A stretch of 64,000 nucleotides of DNA from Squalus acanthias (lineage: Eukaryota), in contig CM059433.1 in NCBI GenBank assembly GCA_030390025.1, positions 28,770,001-28,834,000 on the forward strand. Direction: 5' to 3'. The position numbers and the translations under genes were made by a program. Positions 48,390 through 60,590 of this stretch are shown here, in pieces. Below the pieces are notes generated by a model. The model saw nothing but the letters and a program-made list of their open reading frames with translations, was not told the origin of the DNA and ran no database searches. The number at the start of each line of letters is the position of its first letter. Positions within the stretch are counted from its first letter, which is position 1.

Positions 48390-49370
48390 TAATATTAATG
48401 ATCTAGACGAGGGAACGAGATGTAATATCTCCAAGTTTGCAGATGACACAAAGCTGGGTAGGCGTGTGTGCTGTGAGGAGGATGCCGAAAAACTCCAGTA
48501 TGATTTGGACAGGTTGGGTGATTGGGCAGAATCATGGCAGATGCATTATAATGTGGATAAATGCGAGGTTATCCACTTTGGTGTCAAAAACGGGAAGGCA
48601 GATTATTATCTGAATGGCAATAGATTGGGAGAAGGGGAAGTGCAACGAGACCTGGGTGTCCTTGTGCACCAGTCGCTGAAGGTAAGCATGCAGGTGCAGC
48701 AGGCGGTTAAGAAGGCAAATGGTATGTTGGCCTTCGTAGCGAGAGGGTTCGAATACAGGAACAAGGATGTCTTGCTGCAGTTGTACAGGGCCTTGGTGAG
48801 ACCACACCTTGAGTATTGTGTGCAGTTTTGGTCACCTTATCTGAGGAAGGATGTTCTTGCCATGGAGGGAGTGCAGCGAAGATTCACCAGGCTGATACCT
48901 GGGATGGCAGGAATGACGTATGAGGAGAGATTGGGTCGTTTGGGCTTATACTCGCTGGAGTTTAGAAGAATGAGAGGGGATCTCATTGAAACTTATAAAA
49001 TTCTAACAGGACTAGACAGACTAGATGCAGGAAGGATGTTCCCGATGGTCGGGGAGTCCAGAACCAGGGGTCACAGTCTAAAGATAAGGGGTAAGCCATT
49101 TAGGACAGAGATGAGGAGGAATTTCTTCACCGAGAGAGTGGTGAACCTGTGGAATTCTCTACCACAGAAGGCAGGAGGCCAATTCATTAAATATATTCAA
49201 GAAGGAGTTAGCTTTATTTCTTAAGACTAAAGGGATCAAGGGATATGGGGAGAAAGCAGGCACAAGGTACTGAATTTGGATGATCAGCCATGATCTCATT
49301 GAATGGCGGAGCAGGCTCGAGGGGCCGAATGGCCTACCCCTGCTCCTATCTTCTATGTTTCTATGTTTCT
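48390..49370 (+). mobile_element. Young 5'-truncated CR1 LINE
   Basis: INDLDEG..ISKFADDTKLG continues into the 252-aa ORF 48466..49224. 3' UTR ends in CTATGTTT repeats. Confidence 0.95.
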
Positions 49371-49486
49371 AACGGAAAAGAATCTCGTTCTTTCTCCCCC
49401 ACCCCATACGCCGGAGGCTACTGCCAACAAAAACAAAATACACTAATCCTCCAGCATGGGAAACTGTTATAGTAATACGTACAACT

Positions 49487-50200
49487 GTGTCAGCCAAAGC
49501 TCAGTGGGTAGCACTCATGCCTCTGAGTCAGAAGGTCATGGGTTCGAGCCCCACTCCAGAGACTTGAGCACATAATCTAGGCTGTCACTCCAGTGCAGTA
49601 CTGAGGGAGTGTTGCATAGTCAAAGGTGCCGTCTTTCAGATGAGATGTTAAACCAATCCTCCGTCTGCCCTCTTGGGTGGACGTAAAAGATCCCATGGTA
49701 CTATTATGAAGAAGACCAGGGGAGTTCGCCTTGGTTTCCTGGCCAATATTTATCCCTCAACCAGCATCACTAAAAAAACGGTCATGGTAGATGCAGCCAC
49801 CTTCTCCATAGATGGAAGGTTAAAGCATCCCCATCATGCGACTGTGGAGCTCCTGATCAGACCCTGGAGCACCTCATTCAGCACTGCCCTCAGAGAAAAT
49901 TCGCAGGCACCCAACAAGATATCCGTGCTGTTACACCGGAAGCTTTGGCCTGGATATCTGACTTAGATATTGACATTTGATTTGCTTTGCTACTACCATA
50001 CGAAGGAAAGACTAAAAAACAGATGATCTGGTCATTATCACACTGCTGTTTGTGGGACCAAGCTGTGCGCAAATTTGCTACTGTGTTTTCCTACGTTACA
50101 ACAGTACTTCATTACACTTCAAAACTACTTCATTGGCTGTAAAGCGCTTTGGGACAACCTGAGGCCGTGAAAGGTGCTATATAAATGCAAGTCTGTCTTT
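49487..50200 (+). mobile_element. SacSINE1-like SINE interrupted by a LINE tail
   Basis: Head, core and tail are all present; broken at 49779/50011. Confidence 0.9.
49780..50010 (+). mobile_element. 3' end of an Ingi/Vingi-like (I-group) non-LTR retrotransposon
   Basis: Open frame 49780-49980: GHGRCSHLLHRWKVKASPSCDCGAPDQTLEHLIQHCPQRKFAG...WISDLDIDI* (CxC-x8-H-x4-C knuckle). Short 3' UTR ending CCATACGAAGGAAAG. TSD ACTAAAAAA(A)C. Confidence 0.8.
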
Positions 50201-50254
50201 CACACAAATAACCTGGGCTGTTGCCCCCTGCCCCCACCCCCAGGACCACCCCCC

Positions 50255-50780
50255 TCTGCGCAAAGCATTCAAAACAAAACTGGAGAGTTTGAAGTATTAA
50301 TAACTATGGAGGGATATGATGAACCATCTACAATGGAGATGTGGCTTAGGTTTGGACAGAGTGGGAACTTAATATTCCTGTTTATAACATTTTCAGGAGA
50401 GACAGGGAGGGAAAATAGTTTTTGTGAAGGATTTTATCACAAAGCTAGATGTAAGGATGTCCCAAGGGGGGTTGCATTAAGACAGAATCAATATAGATAG
50501 TGTTAAGAAATAGGAACAGAAGTGGTTCAATTCTTGGTGTACATTACAAGCCACCAAACAGCGGAGATGAGATAGCGGGGAAGATCTGCAAACAGTTCAG
50601 AGATAAAATGTAGAAACAACAGGGCAATAATACTGGTTGCTTTTAACCTTCCCGAAATAGACTGGAATAAAGGCAATGCATATGGTCAAAGTGGGGAATG
50701 CCTTTAAGAGTGCATCCAGGACTGTTTCCTAGATCAGTTTGTTTCTAGTCCAATAAGAAAAAAAAGCATTACTTGATTTT
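50255..50780 (+). mobile_element. Decayed CR1 endonuclease-domain fragment
   Basis: QSIQNKTGEFEVLI...MEMWL, YKPPNS, FNLPEIDW and FLDQFVSSP motifs. Confidence 0.75.
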
Positions 50781-51478
50781 GGAACAGGAGGAGGCCATTC
50801 AGCCTCTCGAGCTTGTTCCGCCATTCAATTAGATCATGGCTGATCTGTATCTTAACTCCATTTACCCATATTCCATATCCCTTAATACCCTTGCCCAACC
50901 AAAATTTATCAATCTCAGTTTTGAAATTTTAACTTGACCCCCAACCTCAACAACATTTGGGGGAGAGAGTTCCAGATTTCCACTACCCTTTGTGTGAAGA
51001 AGTGCTTCCTGACTTCACCCATGAATGGCCTCGCTCTAATTTTAAGGTTATGCCAGCTTGGTCTAGATTCCCCCACCAGAGGAAATAGTTTCTCTCTCTC
51101 TACCATATCAATTCCTTTAATCATCTTAAACACCTCAATTCTGGGAAATTAAGTGTGCAAATAACTGATGCGAGAGTAGGACAGCAATTGGGAAATAGAG
51201 ACCAGAACAAAATTAGGTTCAATGTAAGAATAAAAAAGGATACCAGGAGAACTCGCCTGCTTGTCTTCGATATAGTGCCATGGGATCTTTTACGCCCACC
51301 TGGGAGGGCAGACAGGGCCTCGGTGTAACGTCTCATCCGAAAGACGACACGTCTGACAGTGCAGCACTCCCTCAGCACTTCACTGGGAGTGTCAGCCTAG
51401 ATTATGCGCTCAGGCCTCTGGAGTGAGACTCGAACCCACCACCTTCTGACTCAGAGGTGAGAGAGCTACCCACTGGGC
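50781..51478 (-). mobile_element. CR1 3' end (50781-51138) and partial SINE (51243-51478)
   Basis: KLFPLVGESR..HNLKIRARPF; SINE 5' half in reverse orientation. Confidence 0.85.
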
Positions 51479-52209
51479 AATTATTCTTAAAGTAATATAT
51501 TTTTTCCTTCAAATTCTTAGAAGATTTTAACACCTGAAATATGAATTATGGGATATGTTTCTGGTGGATGTTATTTGTGTTTTCAGTTATTTACCCACCT
51601 TTTTAAGTAATAATTTTGATGCTGCTTCAAAGCCACGGGTGCAAATTAAATGACGTCATTTTAAGTAAAAGCACCATTTTCAAGTGCAGGTACGATATAG
51701 TTAAAGTGACAAACAGCCTACATGCGCAGGAGTTACTACGGTTACGCATGTACAGTACAGCTCATTTCTTAGATGAGATGCCTGTTCAATTTTTTTCCAC
51801 TCCATTTCCTAAATCCAGCAGCTCAGAGCAAATGGAACATTTAGGCTTCTAAACACGAGCCAGTCAAAAGTGAACTGTGGCATAATTAATTGAGGACATT
51901 TATACCGCTACACTAGAGTTTAAAGGTTTAGAGGAGCGTTTATGGAAGGGGCTGCATCCTTTTTTTTATATAAATGCAACAGTCCACGCAAAAGAATTAA
52001 AGAGGAATTCAGTTGTCTCTGCTGCAGTCATTAGAGGATGTTTCCTACAATTGGGAGTCAGTCAGCTTCAGCACATCTTATAATACGGCCTGTGGACTAG
52101 AAGCACAGTTATATGCCATTGGCTGTACTTAAAGCACAATGACCCTACCTTGTCGACTGTTTTCAGAAAGATTTTTTTCTGCTCATCAGAGAAGTTTTAT
52201 AAAAATTAA

Positions 52210-52775
52210 TTCTTGGGATTATGGCCGTTGCTGGCAAGACTGGCATTTATTGCCCATCCCTGATTGACCCTGAGAAGGTGGTGATGAGCTGCCTTCTTGA
52301 ACCGCTATATGGTGAAGGTGCTCCCACAGTACTGTCAGGAGGGAGTTCCAGGACTCTAACCCAGCAACGATGAAGGAATGGCGATATATTTCCAAGTCAG
52401 GTTGGTGTGTGACTTGGAGGGGAACTTGTAGGTGGTGGTGTTCCCCTGCACCTGCTGCCCTTGTCCTTCTAGGTGGAAGAGGTCGCGGGTTTGGGAGGTG
52501 CTGTCGAAGAAGCCTTGGCGAGTTGCTGCAGTGCATCTTGTAGATGGTACACACTGCAGCCACGGTGCGCCGGTGGTGGAGGGAGTGGATGTTTAAGGTG
52601 GTGGATGGGGTGCTGATCAAGAGGGCTGCTTTGTCCTGATGGTTGCCGGAATTGGAGCATTTTGCCACTTTAGGGAGTCTGAATTGTTGTCAACCACTCT
52701 CAACTCAGATATAGGACAGTCAGCTGTACAAAACAGCTCCTCTCAACTCTGCCCCAATAACGTGCCTCAGCCCAA
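52210..52775 (-). mobile_element. Composite: shared head plus CR1-group LINE 3' end
   Basis: ORF QDKAALLISTPSTTLNIHSLHHRRTVAAVCTIYKMHCSNSP. Head homologous to 36529-36679. Confidence 0.85.
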
Positions 52776-53994
52776 CTGAGAAAAGTATCTGCCGTAATGC
52801 ACCAGCGTGACATTTTGATTTTTCTGGACACCAACCATCTTTGAGTGAGCCTGCAAGCTGAGGCCCTGGTAGAGATCCCTGGGGGCCATCACTAGTCACA
52901 TCCTACCAATTGGAGAACATACCCAGTATCCCTACTCTCCATCTCCTACCTCCTAACCAATTCCCTACTGATATCAATAGCTTGCCTCCAATTCCACGCG
53001 CTCTCATTGCTCCAAAATAGCAACACAATTCTGCCTGTTTGGCTTGGGACCTCTCTCAATGTTGGGAGATGTTCCATGCAGGCGGTTCAAGAAGGAGGCC
53101 CACCACCACCTTTTCAGGACAACTAGGGATGGGCAATCAATACTGGCCATGCCAGTGATGCCCAGATGCCAAAAAAATAAATTAAGCAAGGAGATTGGGA
53201 AAGCCATTGAGGCAATGGCCGATGACTCTCTGCATGCAAACACCAAGGGATATCAAATAATTTTTTAGAAAATGTCAGGCGTTTAAAAAATATAAGTATC
53301 CACTGTCAGCAACACAAAAGGCGTGAGGGGTATACAGCAGGTATTGCAGTAAGAACCGGGCCTGATGTTGGGAGAATCAGGAATTTTTGCAGGCTAGATT
53401 TTTAGGGGTTTGTATTCAAGTAAGACGTGACAGTACCTTTCTAAATTCAGCTGGAGATGGCAGCAATTTTGGCAACAGCCTACGTTTTTACTGTGAATTC
53501 AGCTTCAGGCTCAATGTAAGGGAGGGAAGAATGCTTCTGAGAGTTGTGGGTGGCATTCGCCACAGCGATTTTATTTTTGAGCCCTTAAGGCAAAAATATT
53601 GTTTCAAAGGTGATATTACTCTGCAGGAGTGAGATTCTTCTACAATTCTAATTCATTGTACTGCCTCCTACTTTAACTCCTACACTGCTTCCCAAAAACT
53701 CCTTACCTGCTACATACACTCTTCCCATTTCCTCTACAATCTACCACCAAAAACAAGCTTAACATCACTTATGCACGACTTCTTAATTTTCTCTTACTCT
53801 TTTCAATCTATTCTGCATTGGCCATTGAGGCTTCACCATAATTCTCAATATCAAAATCAGCATAACTGACTGGAGATATCTCTACTATCAGCGATACAAA
53901 TATTTGACAACAACAACAACTTGCATTTATATAGCGCCTTTAATGCAGTAAAAACATCCCAAGGCACTTCACAGGAACGTTATAAAACAAAATT

Positions 53995-55450
53995 AGAATG
54001 GAAAATTGCGCATATCACTCTGCTATTTAAGAATGATGAGAGAGGGAAACCAGGAAATTATAGACCAGTTAGCCTAACATCTGTTGTTGGGAAATTGCTA
54101 GAGTCTATAATTAAGGAGAGGGTAACTGAACACCTCGAGAATTCTCAGCTGATCAGAGAGAGCCAGCATGGATTTGTGAAAGGTAGGTCATGCCTGACAA
54201 ACCTGACTGAATTTTTTGAGGAGGTGAGTAAAGTAGTGGACAGGGGAATGTCTATGGATATTATTTATATGGACTTCCAGAAGGCATTTGATAAAGTCCC
54301 TCATAAGAGACTGTTATGTAAGGTTGAAGCCCATGGAATTGAAGGCAAAATATTGACCTGGTTAGGAAATTGGCTGAGCGGCAGGAGACAAGAGAGTAGG
54401 GATAATAAGCAGGTACTCTAATTGGCAGGATGTGACTAGTGGTGTCCTGCAGGGATCTGTGTTGGGGCCTCAACTATTCACAGTATTTATTAATGGCTTA
54501 GATGATGGCATAGAAAGCCATATATCCAAATTTGCCAATGACACAAAGATAGGCGGCATTGTAGGCAATGTAGATGGAAGCATAAAATTACAAAAGGATA
54601 TTGATAGATTAAGTGAATGGGCAAAACTGTGGCAAATGGATTTCAATGTAGGCAAATGTGAGGTCGTCCACTTTGAACCTAAAAAGGATAGAACAGGGTA
54701 CTTTTTAAATGGTGAAAAGCTAAAAGCAGTGGAGGTCCAAAGAGACTTGGGGGTCCAGTTACATAGATCATTAAAATGTCATGAACAGGTACAGCAAATA
54801 ATCAAAAAGGTTAATGGAATGCCGGCCTTTATATCTAGAGGACTAGAATACAAGGGGGTAAAAGTTATGCTGCAGATATACAAAACCCTGGTTAAAACAC
54901 ACCTGGAGTACTGTGAGCAGTTCTGGGCACCACGCCGTAGGAAGGATATATTGGCCTTGGAGGGAGTGCAGCGTAGGTTTACCAGAATGATACCCGGACT
55001 CCAAGGGTTAAATTACAAGGAGAGATTACACAAATTAGGGTTATATTCCCTAGAATTTAGAAGGTTAAGGGGTGATTTGATGGAAGTTTTCAAGATATTA
55101 AGGGGAACAAATAGGATAGATAGCGAGAAACTATTTCCGCTGGTTGTGGAGTTTAGGACTAGGGGGCGGGGCGGGGGGAACATAGTCTAACAATTAGAGC
55201 CAGACCTTTCAGCAGTGAAATTAGGAAACACTTCTACACACAAAGGGTGGTAGAAGTTTGGAACTCTCTTCCGCAAACGGCAATTGATGCTGGATCAATT
55301 GTTAATTTTAAATTGGAGATTGATAGATTTTTGTTAACCAAAGTTATTAAGGGCCAAAGGCGAGTATATGGAGTTAGGTCGTAGATCAGCCATGATCTCA
55401 TTGAATGGAGGAACAGGCTCAAGGGGCTAAATGGCCTCGTCCTGTTCCTA
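53995..55450 (+). mobile_element. 5'-truncated CR1 LINE with RT domain (frameshifted)
   Basis: PGNYRPVSLTSVVGK, QHGFVKGRSCLTNL, YMDFQKAFDKVPH, SGVLQGSVLGP, KFANDTK and a 3' UTR. Confidence 0.96.
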
Positions 55451-55504
55451 TGGCACTGGAGAGAACTCCCCTGCTCTTCTTCGAATAGTGCTTCGAATAG
55501 GGTC

Positions 55505-55910
55505 ACATAATGAGATATTAGGAGAGGTAAGATGTAGGTTTTAAGGAGTGTCTTAAAGGAGGGGAGAGAGGTAGAGAGGTGGAGATGTTTAGGGAGGGAA
55601 TTGGAGCTTAGGGCCTAGATGGCTGAATGCACGGCCGCCAATGGTGGAGTGATGGAAATCGGGGATGCGCAAGAGTCCAGAATTGGAGGAGTACAGAGCT
55701 CTCATGGGTTGTAGGGCTGGAGGAGATTACAGAGATAGGGAGGGGCGAACCCACGGAGGGATTTGAAAACAACGATGAGAACTTTAAAATCGAGGTGTTG
55801 CCAGATGGGTAGCCATGTAGGTCAGCAAGCACAGAGGTGATGGATGAGTTCAAGTTTACAGCGGGTGGAGATGGGAGGCCGGCCAGGAGAGCATTGGAAT
55901 AGTCTATTCT
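55505..55910 (-). mobile_element. L2-clade LINE 3' fragment
   Basis: SRIDYSNALLAGLP and ITSVLADLH. Confidence 0.85.
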
Positions 55911-56184
55911 GGAAATACATTGTAACACTATTTACTGCATGTTTAGCATATGAGGCTTCAACTCTCAAGGTAGCTTGCAACAGCAGGCTCAGGGGCACAG
56001 ATAACATATGAAGAACAGACTAATAGTTATACTAGATGGTTCATCAGGCGAGACTGTATCACAGTATGTCATGATTTACGTGGTACATGAAAGAAGGCAT
56101 ACCAGGTGATCAACATCCAGTAAAGCCTGACTGCCTGCATCCATCAAGATGCCATCAACCATATTTATACCGATCTGACTTGTT

Positions 56185-56622
56185 ATCTGTGGCTTAGTTG
56201 GTAGCACTCTTGCCTCTAAGCCAGAAGGTTGTGGGTTCAAGCCCCACTCCAGAGACTTGGGCACATAATCCAGGCTGACACTCCAGTGCAGTACCGAGGG
56301 AGTGCTGCACTGTCAGTGGTGCTGTCTTTCAGACGAAACATTAAACCTTTCAGGTGGACATAAAAGATCCCAGGGGGCCTATTTCAAAGAAGAGCAGGGG
56401 GGGTTCCCCCGGTGTCCTGGCCATTATTTATCCCTCAACCAACAACACTAAAAACAGATGATCTGATCATTTATTTCATTGCTGCTGTGTGCAAATTGGC
56501 TGCCGTGTGCTCTACATTACAACAGTGACAACACTTCAAAAGTACTTCATTGGCTGTAAAGCGCTTTGGGACGTCCTGAGGTCGTGAAAGGTGCCATATA
56601 ATTGCAAGTTCGTTCTTTCTTT
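56185..56622 (+). mobile_element. SacSINE1-like SINE
   Basis: Head, core and tail present. Confidence 0.88.
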
Positions 56623-58568
56623 TAACAAATGTGGTGAGCTCAGGTTCAGGTCAGCAGGAAGCCTCCGGTACCAGTATCGGTCAGCTGTGGCCCCTAGCCT
56701 GTATCTATCGCCTTCTATACCTGTTGCAATGCAAGCTTATGGGCATGGTGCCATGGATTGGCACAGAGGGTGACCTTCCTTGTGACCATCTCCAGTTCTG
56801 GAGCCATCAACTGGTTGGGCGCTGGGCTGCTCTATCACTCGCATAAGACTCATTCCTGCACATTGGGTTTCATTTTTTTACCATTTACTTCATCCCCCCC
56901 ACCACCCCGGGCCTCGACAAATGGCTACGATGACTTCCAAGTCTTTCCAAAAGCTTTTAGAATACCCCCCCACTTAGTGTGATATTTCACACTTATTTTC
57001 TTCATCCCGTTAAATTTTAATTATACATAACTTTCTGCTCCCAGCAATAGTGTGCGCTCTACACTTGCCCTACTCTGCGCACCTGGATCTGTGAATAATT
57101 ATGCCAACGAACAAACCCATGATTTCCAAATGCCATCATTCTGGTAGGATTAGTATAACTCTCTTAACTGTTTAGAATTGATTTATTTCAGTAGACAAGT
57201 ATCACCGTCCCCCCCACCTCCACCCCCACCGCGCCCCCCACCACCCTCCGTAAGTATAAGTCCCTGGCTGAAAATGTACTGCCTGTAACATTTCCCTGTA
57301 AAGATGTGCTTATGGAAAAGTCAAAGAGGCATATATGCCCTTGCAGGTTTGCAATTCCACTGAAAATCAGGCCAATGTTCTTCACAAGCCATCGTTTCCT
57401 CCTAGTGCTGTGCTCAAGCTGACTGATGGTATATTTTATTACCCGGCCTGCAGTTTTACATGTCCCTAGTGCATAAAGTTCTTAGATATAATAGAATTGT
57501 CAACTGCAAGGCTAACATGATCTGTGTGGAATTTTTTTTTTTTAAACTTCAATAAACCATTTTCTGCTTGACCAGCTGATGCCACATAAGGTTACAGAGT
57601 GTCTTTCTGTGATCAATTTTGATTCAAGGCGAAGGATGGTTCGGTTTGGAACAAAGAAAAATCTGAATAATGCTAAATATTCACCTGGAGTCCGATACCA
57701 GCAGGGAGCGAGCGATGAGGTATTTCAGGAGAGCTGAATGATTAAAGCAGACAGCTTTCTTCTTCCACAACCCAACGACATAAATTCTAACTGACCAATT
57801 ACTGTACCCTCATTAATGAATTGCGTAATTAGAGACGGAGCTCGGCTAATCAGCAAAATCATTTTAATTTTTATCAGACTGCTGAATATGCAATGTGACA
57901 TCAAAGACTGATTGTTAATAAGCTCCACAAGTACAAATCTCCAATTTTTAATTAAGCAATCTTCTAAATTTTGCTTAAATATTCCTCCAAATTGCACTAT
58001 TAAAATTATTGGTGCGGATTTGCACAAAACACTGGGGGTGGGGGGAAGACAAGCAGGGACTAAGGCTGGTCATGCCTGCACAATGAGTCAGTTGTCACCG
58101 AGTTCCAATTTCTCATGTTGCAAACAGCTCAAGGAACCAATGGAGTGCTTCCCTGGAGAGCGGGAGATTTGAATCAACTATGTTAAGCACAAATGCAAAC
58201 AATTGCCCTGGCAGGCTTCAGCAAGAAAGACTTGCATTTATACAACACCTTTCACAACCTCGGGGCATCCCAAAGCACTTTACAGCCAATGACGTACATT
58301 TTGAAGTATAATCACTGTTGTAATGTAGGAAAATGCAGAAGCCAATTTGCGCATAGCAAGGTCCCACAAACAGCACTGTGATAATGACCCGATAATCTGT
58401 TTTTTTTATATCGGTGATGTTGGCTGAGGGGTAAATATTGGCCAGGACACCGGGAAGAACACCCCTGCTCTTCTTCAAATAATGCCAGCGGATCTTTTAC
58501 ATCCACAGGAGAGGGCAGACGGGGCCTTGGTTTAACATCTCATCCGAAAGATGGCACCTCAGACAGGA

Positions 58569-58962
58569 TGGCCTCAATCGCGATATCGGGTTCATGTCAC
58601 GATACAGAACGTGACTTGACATCATGGCCGGTCTTCCCAGGTGTTTTGTTTTTTAAAAAGGCTAACACAAGAACACAAATTGACAGGATATGCAGCCAGC
58701 AGGTGGTTTGACACGTTGGACCCCCTGGGACACATCTCATTGTCTTGGCTGTGCTCTTTGTTGTAGGGAATAATGTGAATAGATTTTGTCTGGGTTTAAA
58801 TTGTGAATTCTGGGAGATTCTCTCATTGCTAACTTACCTGACGAAGGAGCGAACTGCTTCGAAAGCTTGTAAAATTAAATAAATCTGTTGGACTATAACC
58901 TGGTGTTGTGCGACTTCTCATTTTTGTCCACCCCAGTCCAACGCCGGCATCTCCACATCATG
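58569..58962 (+). mobile_element. 5'-truncated Penelope-like retroelement inserted into a SINE
   Basis: 13-bp TSD ACCTCAGACAGGA (58556-58568 / 58963-58975). Begins with GLNRDIGFMSRYRT* (58570-58614), typical of the end of a Penelope GIY-YIG ORF. A pseudo-LTR with a hammerhead motif follows. Confidence 0.9.
58834..58872 (+). ncRNA. Minimal type-I hammerhead ribozyme motif in Penelope pseudo-LTR
   Basis: UUAC-CUGACGA-A-GGAGC-gaacu-GCUUC-GAA-AGCU-U-GUAA. Stem I UUAC/GUAA, stem II GGAGC/GCUUC. Confidence 0.82.
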
Positions 58963-59424
58963 ACCTCAGACAGGAGTAGCATCCTGCAGTTTGCACTCAA
59001 GTCTCTGGAGTTGGACTTGATCCCACAGCCTTCTGACTCAGGAGGTAAGAGAGCTAACACAGAGCCAAAGCTGACTGCTGCCTACTCGAGCAAGATGAAA
59101 GGGATTCATCTTTAGATCATTGCCGTTCCTTGCTCAGGGCAGGCTTGCTGCCAGAACCTCTTGGCTGGTAGCCCACTTGTTCATGTTTGCAGTTAAATCA
59201 GCCGTGAACGTATACAATTGAAACAATGGGCCACCGCATGGCTAGTTCTATTCGTTAACTGTCAACTGGCGGCAACAAAACCCCTGGCTAGGCTGATGGA
59301 AAAAAAAGCATGCCAACCCCAAATCCAGCTTCATTATGGTTAAAAGAAATACTCCAGCTCACATGTTTGCAAGGGACATTAGTGAATTTACAACAGGATT
59401 TGACCACAAATCCTAGGCTGACAC

Positions 59425-60590
59425 TCAGCAGCACCTCCCAAACCCGCAACCTCTTCCACCTAGAAGGACAAGGGCAGCAGGCACATGGGAACACCACCAC
59501 CTCCAAGTTCCCCTCCAAGTCACCCACCATGCTGACTTAGAAGTATATCGCCGATCCTTCATCGTCGCTGGGTCAAAATCCTGGAACTCCCTACCTAACA
59601 GCACTGTGGGAGTACCTTCACCACACGGACTGCAGCAGTTCAAGGTGGCGGCTCACCACCACCTTCTCAAGGGCAACTAGGGATGGGCAATAAATGCTGG
59701 CCTTGCCAGCGACGCCCACATCCCGTAAACGAATAATTTATTTTTCCTGTGCAGTGCTGAAGGAGTGCTGCACTGTTGGAGGTGCCGTCTTTCAGATCAG
59801 ATGGTAAACCAAGGATCAAAGATGGTCTGCCCTCTCAGGTGGACGTAAAAGATCCCATGGTACTATTTCGAAGAAGAGCTGGGGAGTTTTCCCCGGTGTC
59901 CTGGCTAATGTTTATCCCCCAACCAATATTACTAAAACAGATTATTTGGTCATTATCACATTGCTTTTTGTGGGAGCTTGCTGTGTGCAAATTGGCTGCC
60001 GTGTTTCTTACATTACAACAGTGACCACACTTTAAAAAGTACTTCATTGGCTGTAAAGCACTCTGAGGCCGTGATAGACACACTATAAATGCAAGACCTT
60101 TTTTTTTATTGATTCCTCCATCATCAATCCTGCACCATTTCTTCCTCTGCCTTCGTAATGCGCCTGATCCCTTGCAGTCTGCTGTAACTCCTCCCTACCC
60201 CAATAATCAGCTTCTTGTCTGTATCTAATGCACGCTTTACATTTTCACAAATTAATTTCTGTTAAGTTGCAGTTCAGGTAACGGGTAAAAAATAAGCAGC
60301 GATTAATATTGTGTGTCTGGAATCCACCCCCTTTTATATGATGAGATAAACAATAACCAGCCAGTGGTTGGAACAAAATGCATTGTAGGAAACATGGCAG
60401 CCAATTTGGAAACAGCAAGCTCCCAAAAATAGCAATGAGATAACGACCAGATAATCTGTTTTTTTTTAGTGATGTTGGTTGAGGGATAATATTGGCCAGA
60501 ACACTGGGGAGAACACCCCTGCTCTTCTTCAAAATAGTGCCATGGGATCTTTTACGTCCACCCGAGAGGGCAGACGGGGCTTCGGTTTCT
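59425..60590. mobile_element. Cluster: CR1-group LINE tail (+, 59425-59735), SINE (+, 59748-60105), SINE fragment (-, 60383-60590)
   Basis: Matches to families seen elsewhere in the window. Confidence 0.85.

Larger units (their letters stand above)
58222..59075 (-). mobile_element. SacSINE1-like SINE split by the Penelope insertion
   Basis: Tail and core at 58222-58568; head at 58963-59075. Confidence 0.85.

Noticed and set aside
53921..55190. Functional reverse transcriptase gene
   Set aside because: 5'-truncated, frameshifted CR1 copy with the catalytic motif altered (FANDTK instead of FADDTK).
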